A stretch of DNA of 42,928 nucleotides from Basidiobolus meristosporus CBS 931.73. Lineage: Eukaryota > Fungi > Basidiobolomycota. A program made the position numbers and the translations under genes. Shown one piece after another: positions 11,918 to 23,699 of the stretch. How positions within the stretch are numbered: position 1 is the stretch's first letter; the number at the start of each line of letters is the position of its first letter. Location of the stretch: positions 1 through 42,928 of the forward strand of contig MCFE01000710.1 of the NCBI GenBank assembly GCA_002104905.1. The letters are read 5' to 3'. Under the pieces are notes generated by a model. It did no database searches. It worked only from the letters and a program-made list of their open reading frames with translations, and was not told the DNA's origin.

Positions 11918-14706
11918 ATGAGTATGGATAGCGATAGCGAAGACGCCTTTGAAGAAGCTCCTCTGCCAAGACCGCGAATACTTCGGCTCCCCAAACCTCG
12001 GCCACGCTCTTCAAAACACCAGGAAAAACGAGAGACGTCCCCCGCTCATGAGACTCACAACTTTCCCACCCAGAGCCAAGTCAAACCAGTCTTGTCCGAT
12101 CCCTCAATTAACCTTAATGAAAAACCAGAAAAGGTCAAAGTGAAGTCCACTCGTATGTTCGGAATCCAGCCCAAGAGGCCAAAAAGAAAGGAGGAACCCT
12201 TTACGGTAGCACCTGGGTCGGACAAAACACCCCCGAAGAGGAAGTTAGTGTTAGATTGTGTGGAGCTGGTAACGACCAGGAACCTCTCTCCGGAAACCCT
12301 CAACACCGAGAATCAACTCGACCCCGTGGAAAACGAGTCGAACTTTACTCTCCGGACGAAGCCAAGACAAGCGAGAACCTTTTTGGAGAGGGGTAACCGG
12401 GGCTTTGTTTGTTTAGGATTGGTCAGGTTTATTGACAGCGCGTTTTTTAGCTTCCCCGCCCCCTTGCATACAGCCAGAGGAGGGCTCGTTTTTGGTTGAC
12501 CCGGAGGGGGATGCTCAGAATATGTGTTTGGACAGACAGTCAGCTGCTTCCCCAAAACCACACCCAACTCAGAAAAGTGTAATCACTCTAGATTCGCAGG
12601 AGTCATCCACCGATCGCTCAGATTGTGAAGAGGAAGAAGAGAATCTGGGGTTCCTGAATGAGCTGATTGAACTTGAAGCGGTATGCTAGCCATCTACGTC
12701 CCCTTTTAACCCCAGATCCTCAAGTGGCCTTTCCTCAGGAACTGTTCCAAGCCGACACCTTTCAATGTTTCATGGAAAGAAAAAGTCATCTAGCGCGCAG
12801 TCAGAGGATATACGACTCCTCATCGACATGTAGGAAAGGTGGCACACTCGGGAAGATTCTTCACGAATACACATCCAAATCGCTGGAATCGATCTCTTAC
12901 TTCGAAGATCAGATCATACTTCTCCGAATGGACCTTGTCCAGAAGGTGAGGATCTTCGTCACGATCCTGTATCCCTTGCTAACTTATTTCCGTTCAGCTA
13001 AGGTCCCTTGCTCAAGAAAGAGCGCTTAAGCTCGAGCCTTTTGTATCATCGCTAACCCAAGAAAACCCCGTAAATGGACCCGAGCTCATCGATCCCTCCC
13101 GCACCCAACTCTCTTGCGAAGACCAGGAAGACGCCGATATGATACTCAGCGGTATTGGCGAAATCTCCGTGGTGCCAGCTCGAAACGCTGTGATTGATTT
13201 GGACGATCGCAAGGATAGAGATGGCTCAATCTCCCCATTTAACGAAGGAATAGCCAAGAGCCCCATTGATTCGAACCACAATAGCCCCCTTGCCGCGAGA
13301 TCGCCGCTACCAGCGGATCTGCCAGGGATCAGTGAAGATGAATTGGAAGCATTGACTCCACCACCGTTGCCCTTACTTCCAGAGATCGACTATGAGAGTA
13401 TGGTGGGATTGGAAACAGACGCTGGGGGATACGATTTGGACGATTTGAAAACACCACCACCATTACCTCCTCTGCGTGACGAACTCAACGACGAAGACTT
13501 GTACTCCTACGGAGGGCTATCTCCGTTGAATGACAGTGACGAAGACGACCTCATTTATCTGTGCGAGAAAGACGTGGATGATAGCGAGAAACACGAACCT
13601 CTGGAGTTTCGCCTGAGCGGGATGAGAATATCACAAGAGTTAGAGAGGGAAAGCTTCGAATACAGGTCTAGAAACACAGTGTCCCCTTGGCGAGATATCA
13701 CCCCTCGAGCCCGGCAGGCTGAATTGTACTCGACGCCTCACGACGAAACGGAAGCAGATATGCTGGAGTACAATCTGGTTGATGCTGAATCTCCAACCAC
13801 CCCGCACTATGCATCCTCGCCTCCCAAGCCTCGTGTAGACATCAAACAACGGGCTTGCGTCGATGAGCAACCCCAGTGGACGCGCTCTTTTCCTGCCAGT
13901 CAACCACCACCGCGTCAACCAAAAGCGGCCCATCCCGGAAGGGGCACAAACTCACAAGCCGCTGGGACCTCGATGCCTGATTATAAGAACATGTCGCTGG
14001 ATGTGTTGAAGGTAAGTGGGTAGGAAAAAGCCAGGATCCACGCCCGGCGAACTCAACGATTTCTATGTTAGGATCATGCCAAGGTATACGGGCTGCGAGT
14101 CAAATCACAAAGAATGCTGGTCTCGCAATTGGAGCACATCTGGCAAAACCTGTACGGCTCCCCTATTGTAGAAGAGCCATCCGGTTCCTTGACCCAACCT
14201 GCACCAACCTCCACTCGCCTGAAACCGCTATCCTCGACGCGGGCGAGCTCGAGTGCGTCCGAAATGGGGACCGACGAAGAGGGGGAAGAGAACGATCTGG
14301 ACGCATCCATATGGGACTTGACGGAGTCGGAGGTGGTTGAAGAAGTGGGCACCACCAGCGAGCCCAACCTAGAGGGGCATCTGCTCAAGTTCATCCAAAA
14401 CGACCCACAACTGTACAATTCTATTCTGTGTTATAAAGTAAGTTCGTTCAGCCGGGCAGTACAAAACCCCATGTCTTAACGCAACCTTAGCCTGTAGAGT
14501 TCGAGAAGCTTTACGAGACGGTCCTGCCTGTGATTCCATGCAAACGGCACGAATTAAGAGACTTTCTAGATAATCGGGTATGCATCCTGCCCAACCGTAC
14601 TTCCCTCCCACCCCCATCTCACTAAACGCTCGCCTCCGTCTAGGGAATCTTGGCGATCTTCTCGAAGGAGGGCTGGCGCGCACGCCGAGTCCGGACCCAG
14701 CACTGA
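11918..14706 (+). CDS. SLX4: Structure-specific endonuclease scaffold SLX4, multi-exon
   Basis: Long low-complexity N-terminus. The SAP-like motif MPDYKNMSLDVLK|DHAKVYGLRVKSQRMLVSQLEHIW and the C-terminal Slx1-binding domain FIQNDPQLYNSILCYK|PVEFEKL..LRDFLDNRGI are assembled across GT-AG introns. Stop TGA at 14704-14706. Confidence 0.8.
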
Positions 14707-14921
14707 TGGTATCAAACGAATTTTGTTGGGCATGACACGAGGTTGATCGACCCTTCGTTCGTGTTTATTCTTTCGCTTGGGATTCGGTTAGGAACGGGTA
14801 CATTTAGAAGGATGTGGATGTTTAATTCAGTAGCCAGCACTGACATTTTATACATGATCATGGGAAATAAATTCACAAAAGAATGAATACAAAGAGCATT
14901 TACATTGAGCATCCGCCAGGT

Positions 14922-15541
14922 CTAATCCAACTGCTTCTTCTTGCCGAACCCCCTCAGCTTCTTGATGGTTGGGAATTTCCCCCTGGTTTTTCGAGGCATC
15001 GGCTCCTCCACGGGAGCGTCCCGCATCTCGGTGTAAGCGGGAGGTCTCGGGGTTAACCGTAATGGCCTGGTGGGTGTTAAAGTGTTGCGCAGTTTGGAGT
15101 ACCAGCGGCCCTTGCGAAGACCGCCCTTCTCAGTGTGATAAACCCCTTCGCAAGACCATTGATCCTCATCCAGCAGCTGATGGATGGAATACGGACGCCT
15201 CTCCAGATCATCGCATTGAGGAAGATCCTTCACGGGATAGCTTGCTACCCACGTATCGAGGTCGGAGATGTAAAGGGGAGGCGCGCACTCGTAATCCATC
15301 TTCGGCGAGTGGATACTCTAGAAAATCCGAGTTAGTCAACAGATGAAGACGAGACATCACGCGTCATGAGAATTACCTCTTGAGAAGGCGCGTATTCCTG
15401 TCGAGCATAGGGTTGAGACTCCTTGTCGAAAAAGGTACTCACTTTACGTTTGAAGCTTAGCATTAGATGGACAGTGGGTGGGGTGGGCGCGTGCTCAGGT
15501 TGGACGCGGAATCGACTTAATTGGAAACGTCGGGATGCCAT
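14922..15541 (-). CDS. Hypothetical ~164-aa basic protein, 2 exons (15541-15443, 15317-14922)
   Basis: The GTGAGT donor at 15442 and CTAAC..TTCTAG acceptor at 15318 join MASRRFQ..LSFKRK to SIHSPKMDYECAP in phase 0. No recognisable family. Confidence 0.6.
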
Positions 15542-16270
15542 GGGTTTTATACATGCAGGAGCAAGGGCAAAGACGAGGACGAGGACAAATTTGATGCTGG
15601 GACCAGAGTTCCCAGACGAAATAAACTTAGGACCTGGTGTAACGTTCCGCATGCATTAAAAGATCCGTGGGTCTAGCTTAACTCGATAGCACTGATAATT
15701 AATTATTAGGTGTGGTGCATGGCAGACTCGATTTCACTGACCATTAAATATTAGTTACGCTGTATACGGTATAGCAACCAATCAATCCGTCGTACACTGG
15801 AACTAAATTGAATACAAGTCCCCGCCCCCAGACCAAGATTCCATCTGTTCTGTGAGCAAGTGTCGATTGGTCAAACACCGCAATTCCAACTAATAACCAA
15901 TGTAAAGTATATTTTATATAGAATGATTCAGGAGTGACTTGACGCCCAGCGTAGGTGCCAGCACTTGCGCCCGTCTTTCCAGCCACAAGTCATCCACAAG
16001 AAATCGAACTACAACCTCTATAAAATATATCTTCTAAGCTAATAACTCATAACACAGAAAATCATTAAAATAATCGAATAATAAATCGTATATACACTAA
16101 GTGTTGGGGCAGGCGGGCTCTAACGAGTTCTGCCCGTGGTGAGCTTGGTGCAAGGTAGAGTGAGCCATTCTGTTCATGCAGGATGTTCGAGTATTATACT
16201 AGACTGTGTGTATGTTCGCTATTTGGTGGATGTGATACTAATGTACAAGGGATGTGCAAAATTGAATGCT

Positions 16271-17096
16271 TCATACAGTGGCTACTCTTTTGGCTTGAAG
16301 AAGCTGGGCTTCGATATCCGCTTCTTCATAGCACCGCTTGCGTTTGTCCCCGCTCACCAAAGCCTGGGCTTCCGAGGAGGCTTCATTCAGAAGCAGAGCT
16401 TTAGATAACTCAGAATAAAATGGATGGGGATTTTCAGAGGATTCAACTTGAATATCTTGAGATATATTTTCACTGTTGGTTTGACAACGCTCATTAAGTT
16501 CCAGCGTCTCGGAATTGGTAGAGGCAAGATAATTATAGTACGAGGGTTGCTCGAACGCGTAATTGGGCTGATCCGAAGTGACGGCGGTCTGAGGTGTTGA
16601 AATAAGCTCTGAGCTGTAACAGTCACTTTCTGTAGCCAGGCTGTATGAAAACTCTGATGCAGTCTCGTTGGGCCAAGAGTAGTTTACGTATCCTGTAGAT
16701 ACATTGGAGGATACGGCGTATTCGGTGGCAGTAGGATACATGTAAGTGTTCATAATACTCAAGATGAGCTCGTTGTATGCGCTTCCATTGCAAGAGGCAT
16801 CCATGGGAGAGCGAGCGAGACCATCATCATAGAAGTAGTTATCTAAACAATGAAATGTACAGTAAGTAAACTATTGTTTTCCACGAGTGAAGGTGGGGCA
16901 AGCTACCGAAGATCTCTTTAGATGGGCTCAGATTCAAAGGGATCTGCTTCTGAAAATCGTTGATCTGACGAGCCTTTCTTAGAAAGTCCTTGAGAACGAC
17001 CTCTTTGGCAATGCCCAGATCTCGGTTGGATTCATACAGATGAGTGAGTTTGCTATCACCGAGGGTGATAACACGTTCGAGGGAGAGATAATCCAT
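16271..17096 (-). CDS. IER/SERTA-like protein: N-terminal helical motif, acidic Ser/Tyr-rich disordered middle, C-terminal bipartite NLS-like segment; 2 exons (17096-16907, 16842-16271)
   Basis: A 64-nt GT..AG intron joins both ORFs in frame (KEIF-D-NYFYDD). The N-terminus RVITLGDSKL..GIAKEVVLKDFLRKARQI resembles the IER N-terminal motif. The C-terminus carries KRKR..AKR. Confidence 0.65.
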
Positions 17097-18909
17097 GGGT
17101 TTGTGTATATGTATGTGCGTGTGAGAGTGTATGTTGTTTTGTATATATGCAAAAAGAAAGTTAATAGTGTGAGTAAGAGGATGAAAATCGAAATTCGAGC
17201 TCATACTGACATAAGGGTGCTTAAAAGCATAACCACGAAGTCATCCACCAAACAAATCCATCCCTGCCACAGGGGCCAGATCCAATGGTTATCTAAGGAT
17301 TACATGGGCACTTTCTAAAGAGAGCAGTCGTTTCTTCCAAAGAAATGATAGGAATTTCCTAATTTGCGCGTTTGATTCGAATGATTGGACATCAACGTGT
17401 CAAGAAATTTCTAGGAGACAATCTATTTTAAGCATGGGCCCGAATAGTCAACCGAAGTGAGTAGTAGCGCTTGATTTGCTGGATAGCCCCACTCCATTCT
17501 GTCAAATCATTCTTCAGGCCAAACACTCGCCAACTTCCTCTACCGCTGGTCAACCCGTCATTCCAACAGTCGTTAGAGTTGGTGTTGGTATGGTTTTGCA
17601 GAGGGCTTTACTAAACAGGTGAATCAAAGTTGCCCGTTGAATCGCAGCATACTCTGTTTCCAGATTTAGAGAAACTTACACAGCGCTCAGACACGATTAC
17701 CTGAAGATTCTAGGCATTGTTTCTCATTACATATATGAAGTCTACGGAAGATAGATGATGCTCAAATGCAAATGACCATCAAATAAGCAGTACTATCAAA
17801 GAGAGTGGCTTGGTTGTGTTTATCATGTTCGGTGACAGATACCAAGCTGGCAGTCTAGCTATTTAGAGTGGAAGTGCTTGGTGTTGGTTTTGGGAATTGA
17901 TCAGATGGCATATAGATGGCATATAGTTGGATATGCTAATGGATAACAATCAACCTCCTTAGCCATCTACCCGCATGAAACAATCGCGCTTCCAATCCAC
18001 TTTCTAGAATGAGCGATGTCATGAGTTTTAACAATAAGGTTATATTAAAGTGGGAACCTAGCTAGAGGCAATGCGTGAGTAAGCTGATGGCAAGCAGTCG
18101 GCGAGTTGGACCTATCCCGTCCCGAAGAGCGACACCTGCCGGCTAAAATGGCCAATGATAGGGATGGAGGATGTAAAAAAGCCGTATCCGGGCCAGCATC
18201 TCTTATCAGGCAAAATCCCATTTTGGCCATTCAAAGGACTTAGTAAGAGGCAATGACTAATTGTATTGAATTAACTTCGCAGGCTAACTTGCGGCAAACA
18301 AGCTAAGATGGTTTAAAGTATATTGATAAGATGTTTAGTCAGGAGAGGGCGTTATTGGTAATGTGGATGATATCATTTTTCTCGGTATAATTAAATGCCG
18401 TCGAGGACTGAATTTCCACCTTGTCTGGTTGACCAGTGATACTTGGATCAGATTTGTTAGTTCTCCAAAATAGGAGAATGCTGCGATAAATGGAGTTAAG
18501 GTTACACTATCTTCATGAAAAAAGAAGGATTTGGCAACTTGAACATTGATTAATATCGAAATGACGAAATGGGCCAAGGTGCTCGCTAGTCTAAATTATA
18601 ATACAGTGATCGTATCCGAACGGCCCGTAACGGCTGCCACGGCCATTCTGCTCAACGTGTGACTTAATTAGAAATAAATAGTCTTTGGCACAAAACAAAG
18701 TCGGCAGCGGCATTGAGTAGGACCGAGTCTCTGGCATAGCTTCGTAATAAAAGCTGGCGAGCTCTCCCAGCTTCATCACAAATTCGTAGACCTCTCTCAG
18801 AGATTTCGTTCATACATACACCTGCATTAGTCTAATCACCTCCACTCGCATTCTACTGTCCATCAGGGCATCCCTCATATATTATTTACCCTTTTGACTT
18901 AATTATTAG

Positions 18910-21900
18910 ATGGAGAAAGACACAAACCCTATAGACAATCGTCACAGCGACGATAGCGAAGGCACCGCCACATCGGCCGCATTCGATACCTCCAAAGAAA
19001 AAACTGCCCATGCTCACTTCGAGCGCCCAACAAGTAACAACTGGGGCGAAGGTGAGCCCGACATTGATGTGCTTGGAGCCACCGGCGAATACGAAGATCT
19101 CAGACGCGAGCTTTCCCGGATCTCCACCATTCATCGTGTCACGACCGCCCACTCGTCGTCGGAGGCCACGCTTGAGGAAGGTCAAGGCGGCGACGACTTC
19201 GATCTAGATGACTTCCTCCGCTCAGTAGCACAAAAGAACGAGCAGGCCGACATCAAGCAGAAACGCATTGGCCTCACTTTCAAGAACCTCACTGTCGTTG
19301 GTGACAAGGTCGGCAAGATCTATGCTCCTGATTGTGGTACCCCATTCGTGGGTATTGCCAATCTTTTCAACCCATTCGCTTGGAAGAAGAAGGAGAAGCC
19401 TGCTGGTGATGACGAGGGCCGAGTCATCCTCCACGAGATCGATGGTTTCTGTAAAGATGGCGAAATGATCTTCGTACTTGGTAGACCCGGGGCCGGTTGT
19501 TCCACTCTTCTAAGAGTCCTGGCCAACGAGCGTAAGCAATACAAGAAGATCACAGGCGAGGTCTCGTACGGCGGCATCTCAGCTGAGGAGTTCAGCAAGA
19601 AATACGTCGGTGAAGTTGCCTACAACCCTGAGGATGATTTCCATTTCCCCACCTTGACCGTCAAGGAAACGATGGACTTTGCGCTCAAGTGTAAGACCCC
19701 TGGAAAGCGTCTTCCTGATGAAACCAAGAAATCCTTCGTACAAAATGTTCGTGACACCCTGCTTAAGATGTTCGGTCTGTCCCACACCTTGGACACCTTG
19801 GTTGGTAACGAGTACGTTCGTGGTGTATCAGGTGGTGAACGTAAGCGTTTATCCATTGCTGAGCAAATGGCTGCCCGTGCTGCTATCAATCTTTGGGACG
19901 GTAGTACGAAGGGTTTAGATGCCTCCTCCGCCTTGAGTTACGTGAAGTCTCTGCGCATCATGACCAATATCATGCACAAAGCCACCCTTGTGACTATCTA
20001 TCAGGCATCCGAGAATATCTACCAGGAATTCGACAAGGTCCTGCTGTTGGATCAAGGCCGCTGTGTGTACTTCGGTCCTGCTCAGGAGGCCCGTGAGTAC
20101 TTCAACAAACTCGGCTTCGAGAGCAACCCTCGCCAAACCACTTCGGATTTCCTGACTGCTGTCACCGATAAGCACGAACGCAGAATCATCCCTGGTATGG
20201 AGAAGGTTGTCCCACAAACCTCTGAGGAATTGGAGAAGGCTTACAAGAACTCCAGCATCTATCAGAGAATGCTTTTGGAGAGAGCCGAATACGAGAACTT
20301 CCTATCTAGCAATTCACCCGACAAGGAATTCAGACAGCACGTATCCGAATCCAAACAAAAGCATGTTCCAAACAAGTCTCCCTACACTACCTCCTACGCA
20401 CAACAAATCAAGGCCCTTACTCTTCGTCAATTCCAACTCACCTTTGGTGATCGCGCTGCTCTGATCTCTCGTTATGTCTCTATTGTGGTTAAATCGATTA
20501 TTGTTGGTTCTGTATTTTTACTACTCCCCACCGATACTGGCGGTGCCTTTACCCGTGGTGGTGTCCTTTTCTTCGCTCTTCTGTTTAACTCCCTCGTTGC
20601 CCAAGCTGAAATCCCAACTGCCATGAGCGGTCGCTCCATCCTCTACAAGCACAAGTCCTTTGCCTTCTACTACCCTAGTGCCTTCTACATTGCTCAAATG
20701 GTCGCCGATATTCCCTTCCTGATGGTTCAGATTCTCCTATTCTCGTCGGTACTATACTGGATGGCCGGTCTTCAAGCAGATGCCGGGAAGTTCTTCATGT
20801 TCATGTTTATCTTGTTGGTATCCAGCTTCAGTTTGACCGCCTACTTCCGTATGTTTGCCGCATTCTCCAAGGACTTCGACACTGCGTCCCGGTACTCTGG
20901 CTTGGTTCTTATGGCCTACCTATTGTATACTGGTTATTTGATTCCCAAGACTCAAATGCATCCTTGGTTCGTCTGGATCTTTTGGATTAATCCGCTGGCG
21001 TATGGTTTCAAGGCGCTGATGTCGAATGAGTTCAAGGGATTGAAATTCACCTGCAATGCTGGAGCTTTGATTCCCAACGGACCTGGTTACAACGATATCA
21101 ACCATCAAGCCTGTACTTTGGCCGGTAGTCGTCCTGGTGAAAGCTTTGTCGATGGTGCTGCGTACATGGACAAGGCCCTCGGATACGATGCTGACCAGAT
21201 GTGGGTCGACTTTGTCGCCGTTGTTTGCTTCTGGATATTGTTCTCTCTTCTTGCCATGTTCGCCATGGAATTCAAGACATTCGGAAAGGGCGGCTTCACC
21301 TTGAGCATGTTCAAGCGCACCAAGGAGTCGGAAGTCAGTGGAAACTCCACTCCTGAAAACCATGTTCAAGTCGACGCCAAGATCGAGGACATCGCCCTCG
21401 AAGGCACTGACTTCACCTGGCACAACATTGATTACGTTGTTCCTGCCAAGGGCTTCCCTGATGGTAAACAACTGCTTCACAAGATCGACGGATGGGTTAA
21501 GCCTGGACAACTTACTGCTTTGATGGGTTCCTCTGGAGCTGGTAAGACCACTTTATTGGACGTGTTGGCGCAACGCAAATCTATCGGCAAGGTCACTGGT
21601 GATATCTTTGTGGACAGCCGTCCTCTTGGTGCTGACTTCCAACGTACCACTGGCTACTGTGAACAGATGGATGTTCACAACCCAGCTGTTACTGTCCGCG
21701 AGGCTCTGCAATTCTCTGCTACCCTGCGCCAACCTCCCGAGGTACCCCAATCTGAGAAGTACGCTTACGTCGAGGAAATTATTCATCTTTTGGAGATGGG
21801 CCCCATTGCTGATGCTCTTATTGGTGATGTCGAAAGTGGTGTTGGTATCTCTGTCGAACAGCGCAAGCTCCTGACCATTGGTGTCGAACTTGTCGCCAAG

Positions 21901-23289
21901 CCCAAGCTTCTTTTCCTCGATGAGCCTACCTCCGGTCTCGATGCTCAAGCTGCCTTCAACATCATCCGATTCATGCGCAAATTGGCCAACCAAGGACAAG
22001 CCGTCCTTTGTACCATCCATCAACCCAGTGCTGTTCTCTTTGACTTCTTCGACCACCTTTTGTTGCTCGCCCGTGGCGGTAGAACCGTGTATTTCGGCGA
22101 ATTGGGGCCTGACTCGAAGACCTTGTTGGATTTCTTTGAGCAAAATGGCGGACCCAAGTGCTCCTCGAGCGCCAACCCTGCCGAATATATTTTGGACGTT
22201 GTCAATGATAAGAAGCGTGGTATCGACTGGCCCACTGTCTGGGACAACTCGCAAGAAAAGGTTGCCGTCCAGCAAACCTTGAGCAACATCAAGCCTCTTG
22301 AACTCTCCTCCCAAGAGAAGCATGATCAACATGAATACGCTACCACATTCGGTACTCAATTGCGTGTTGTAGGCCGCAGAATGTTCACCTCCTGGTGGCG
22401 TAACATCACCTATAACTTCGGTCGTCTTATGTTCTGTCTCATCTTCTCCCTCCTCCTTGGCTTCTCCTTCTGGCAGCTTGGTAACACTCAAATGGATCTT
22501 CAGCTTCGTAACTTCGCCATCTTCCAGTCTCTTGTTATGGGAGTTATCTTCATGAACTTGGCCCAGCCCAGATACATTGATGAGCGTAATGTGTACAACC
22601 GTGAGAATTCAAGCAAGATGTATGGCTGGAAACCCTTCTGGATTTCCATCATGACTGCCGAGCTACCTTTCCTCGCAGTAACTGTCACTGTGTTCTGGCT
22701 TGTCTTCTACTGGGTTAGTGGATTCAGTGGTGATTCAGGACGTGCTTTCTACGCCTGGATCATGTATATCATCTTTGGCTTCTTCTGTGTGTCCTTGGGA
22801 CAAATGATCTCTGCCTTCTCCACATCCAAGCAAATGGCCGCTCTCCTCAATCCTTTCTTCTTCTCCATGTTGAATCTTTTCTGTGGTGTTGTTGTTCCAT
22901 ACAATGCTCTACCAGGCTTCTGGAAAGCTTGGATGTACTGGATTGATCCATTCCATTACTGGGTTGAAGGATTGGTCGTCAACGAGCTTCACGGACTTCC
23001 AGTTCGCTGTGCCAGCAACGAGTTTGTAACATTCAACCCACCCACTGGCCAGTCCTGTGTCCAATACGCCGGAAACTTCTTGGATCGCTCCCCAGGATAC
23101 CTCAATAACCCCAACGATACCATGAACTGCCAGTACTGCTCGTACTCCCTTGGTGACACTTTCTACGAACCACTCAAGTGGAGCTTCGACCACCGCTGGC
23201 GCAACTTTGGAATCATGGTTGGCTTCTGGGTCTTCAACCTTCTCTTCACTGGCTTTGTTATTTCCAGATTCCGTAGCAACCGTCGCTAA
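18910..23289 (+). CDS. Full-size pleiotropic drug resistance (PDR/ABCG) ABC transporter, intronless, 1459 aa
   Basis: NBD-TMD-NBD-TMD order. NBD1 has the degenerate Walker A GRPGAGCST and signature VSGGERKR; NBD2 has GSSGAGKT and the degenerate signature ISVEQRK. PDR_CDR-type extracellular Cys loops are present. Confidence 0.96.
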   Translation: MEKDTNPIDNRHSDDSEGTATSAAFDTSKEKTAHAHFERPTSNNWGEGEPDIDVLGATGEYEDLRRELSRISTIHRVTTAHSSSEATLEEGQGGDDFDLDDFLRSVAQKNEQADIKQKRIGLTFKNLTVVGDKVGKIYAPDCGTPFVGIANLFNPFAWKKKEKPAGDDEGRVILHEIDGFCKDGEMIFVLGRPGAGCSTLLRVLANERKQYKKITGEVSYGGISAEEFSKKYVGEVAYNPEDDFHFPTLTVKETMDFALKCKTPGKRLPDETKKSFVQNVRDTLLKMFGLSHTLDTLVGNEYVRGVSGGERKRLSIAEQMAARAAINLWDGSTKGLDASSALSYVKSLRIMTNIMHKATLVTIYQASENIYQEFDKVLLLDQGRCVYFGPAQEAREYFNKLGFESNPRQTTSDFLTAVTDKHERRIIPGMEKVVPQTSEELEKAYKNSSIYQRMLLERAEYENFLSSNSPDKEFRQHVSESKQKHVPNKSPYTTSYAQQIKALTLRQFQLTFGDRAALISRYVSIVVKSIIVGSVFLLLPTDTGGAFTRGGVLFFALLFNSLVAQAEIPTAMSGRSILYKHKSFAFYYPSAFYIAQMVADIPFLMVQILLFSSVLYWMAGLQADAGKFFMFMFILLVSSFSLTAYFRMFAAFSKDFDTASRYSGLVLMAYLLYTGYLIPKTQMHPWFVWIFWINPLAYGFKALMSNEFKGLKFTCNAGALIPNGPGYNDINHQACTLAGSRPGESFVDGAAYMDKALGYDADQMWVDFVAVVCFWILFSLLAMFAMEFKTFGKGGFTLSMFKRTKESEVSGNSTPENHVQVDAKIEDIALEGTDFTWHNIDYVVPAKGFPDGKQLLHKIDGWVKPGQLTALMGSSGAGKTTLLDVLAQRKSIGKVTGDIFVDSRPLGADFQRTTGYCEQMDVHNPAVTVREALQFSATLRQPPEVPQSEKYAYVEEIIHLLEMGPIADALIGDVESGVGISVEQRKLLTIGVELVAKPKLLFLDEPTSGLDAQAAFNIIRFMRKLANQGQAVLCTIHQPSAVLFDFFDHLLLLARGGRTVYFGELGPDSKTLLDFFEQNGGPKCSSSANPAEYILDVVNDKKRGIDWPTVWDNSQEKVAVQQTLSNIKPLELSSQEKHDQHEYATTFGTQLRVVGRRMFTSWWRNITYNFGRLMFCLIFSLLLGFSFWQLGNTQMDLQLRNFAIFQSLVMGVIFMNLAQPRYIDERNVYNRENSSKMYGWKPFWISIMTAELPFLAVTVTVFWLVFYWVSGFSGDSGRAFYAWIMYIIFGFFCVSLGQMISAFSTSKQMAALLNPFFFSMLNLFCGVVVPYNALPGFWKAWMYWIDPFHYWVEGLVVNELHGLPVRCASNEFVTFNPPTGQSCVQYAGNFLDRSPGYLNNPNDTMNCQYCSYSLGDTFYEPLKWSFDHRWRNFGIMVGFWVFNLLFTGFVISRFRSNRR

Positions 23290-23699
23290 CGAAAATATCC
23301 ACCTCATTATACATCATATTAATATGCATCTTCATAAATAATTCCCAGTTTTGTTCATGATTTTGAATAATAAAGGCGCTTATGAAATTACTTTTGCTCT
23401 TGGATTCTTACCCTGTGATCGATCAATGATCGAAAGTCGATGTGGGCCTATGCATGCCGGATTTCATTTAATTAGCACCTCTGGTACCCATGATAATGCA
23501 CGGGGCTGATATATTGGGTCCAATGGCCCCAATGAGTTACCTAACCCCAACATAAACAAAATAAATTACGACAAGAATGTATATATATATACGTACAAAC
23601 AAATCACGACTAGCGCTGAATAGAAAATCAGATACACTTATTCACACATTTATTCGAAATTACAGGATAGAAAGAAAACACGAATACAAATAAGAATCA

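Noticed and set aside
17430-17730. Minus-strand GTAAGT..TTTAG intron-like segment followed by about 60 open codons upstream of the IER-like gene
   Set aside because: No ATG in frame and a stop right after the acceptor; at most an unannotated non-coding or leader exon.
18615-18650. CGG-triplet cluster upstream of the PDR transporter as Zn2Cys6/PDRE sites
   Set aside because: No match to the canonical TCCG(C/T)GGA and no regular spacing; too weak to call.
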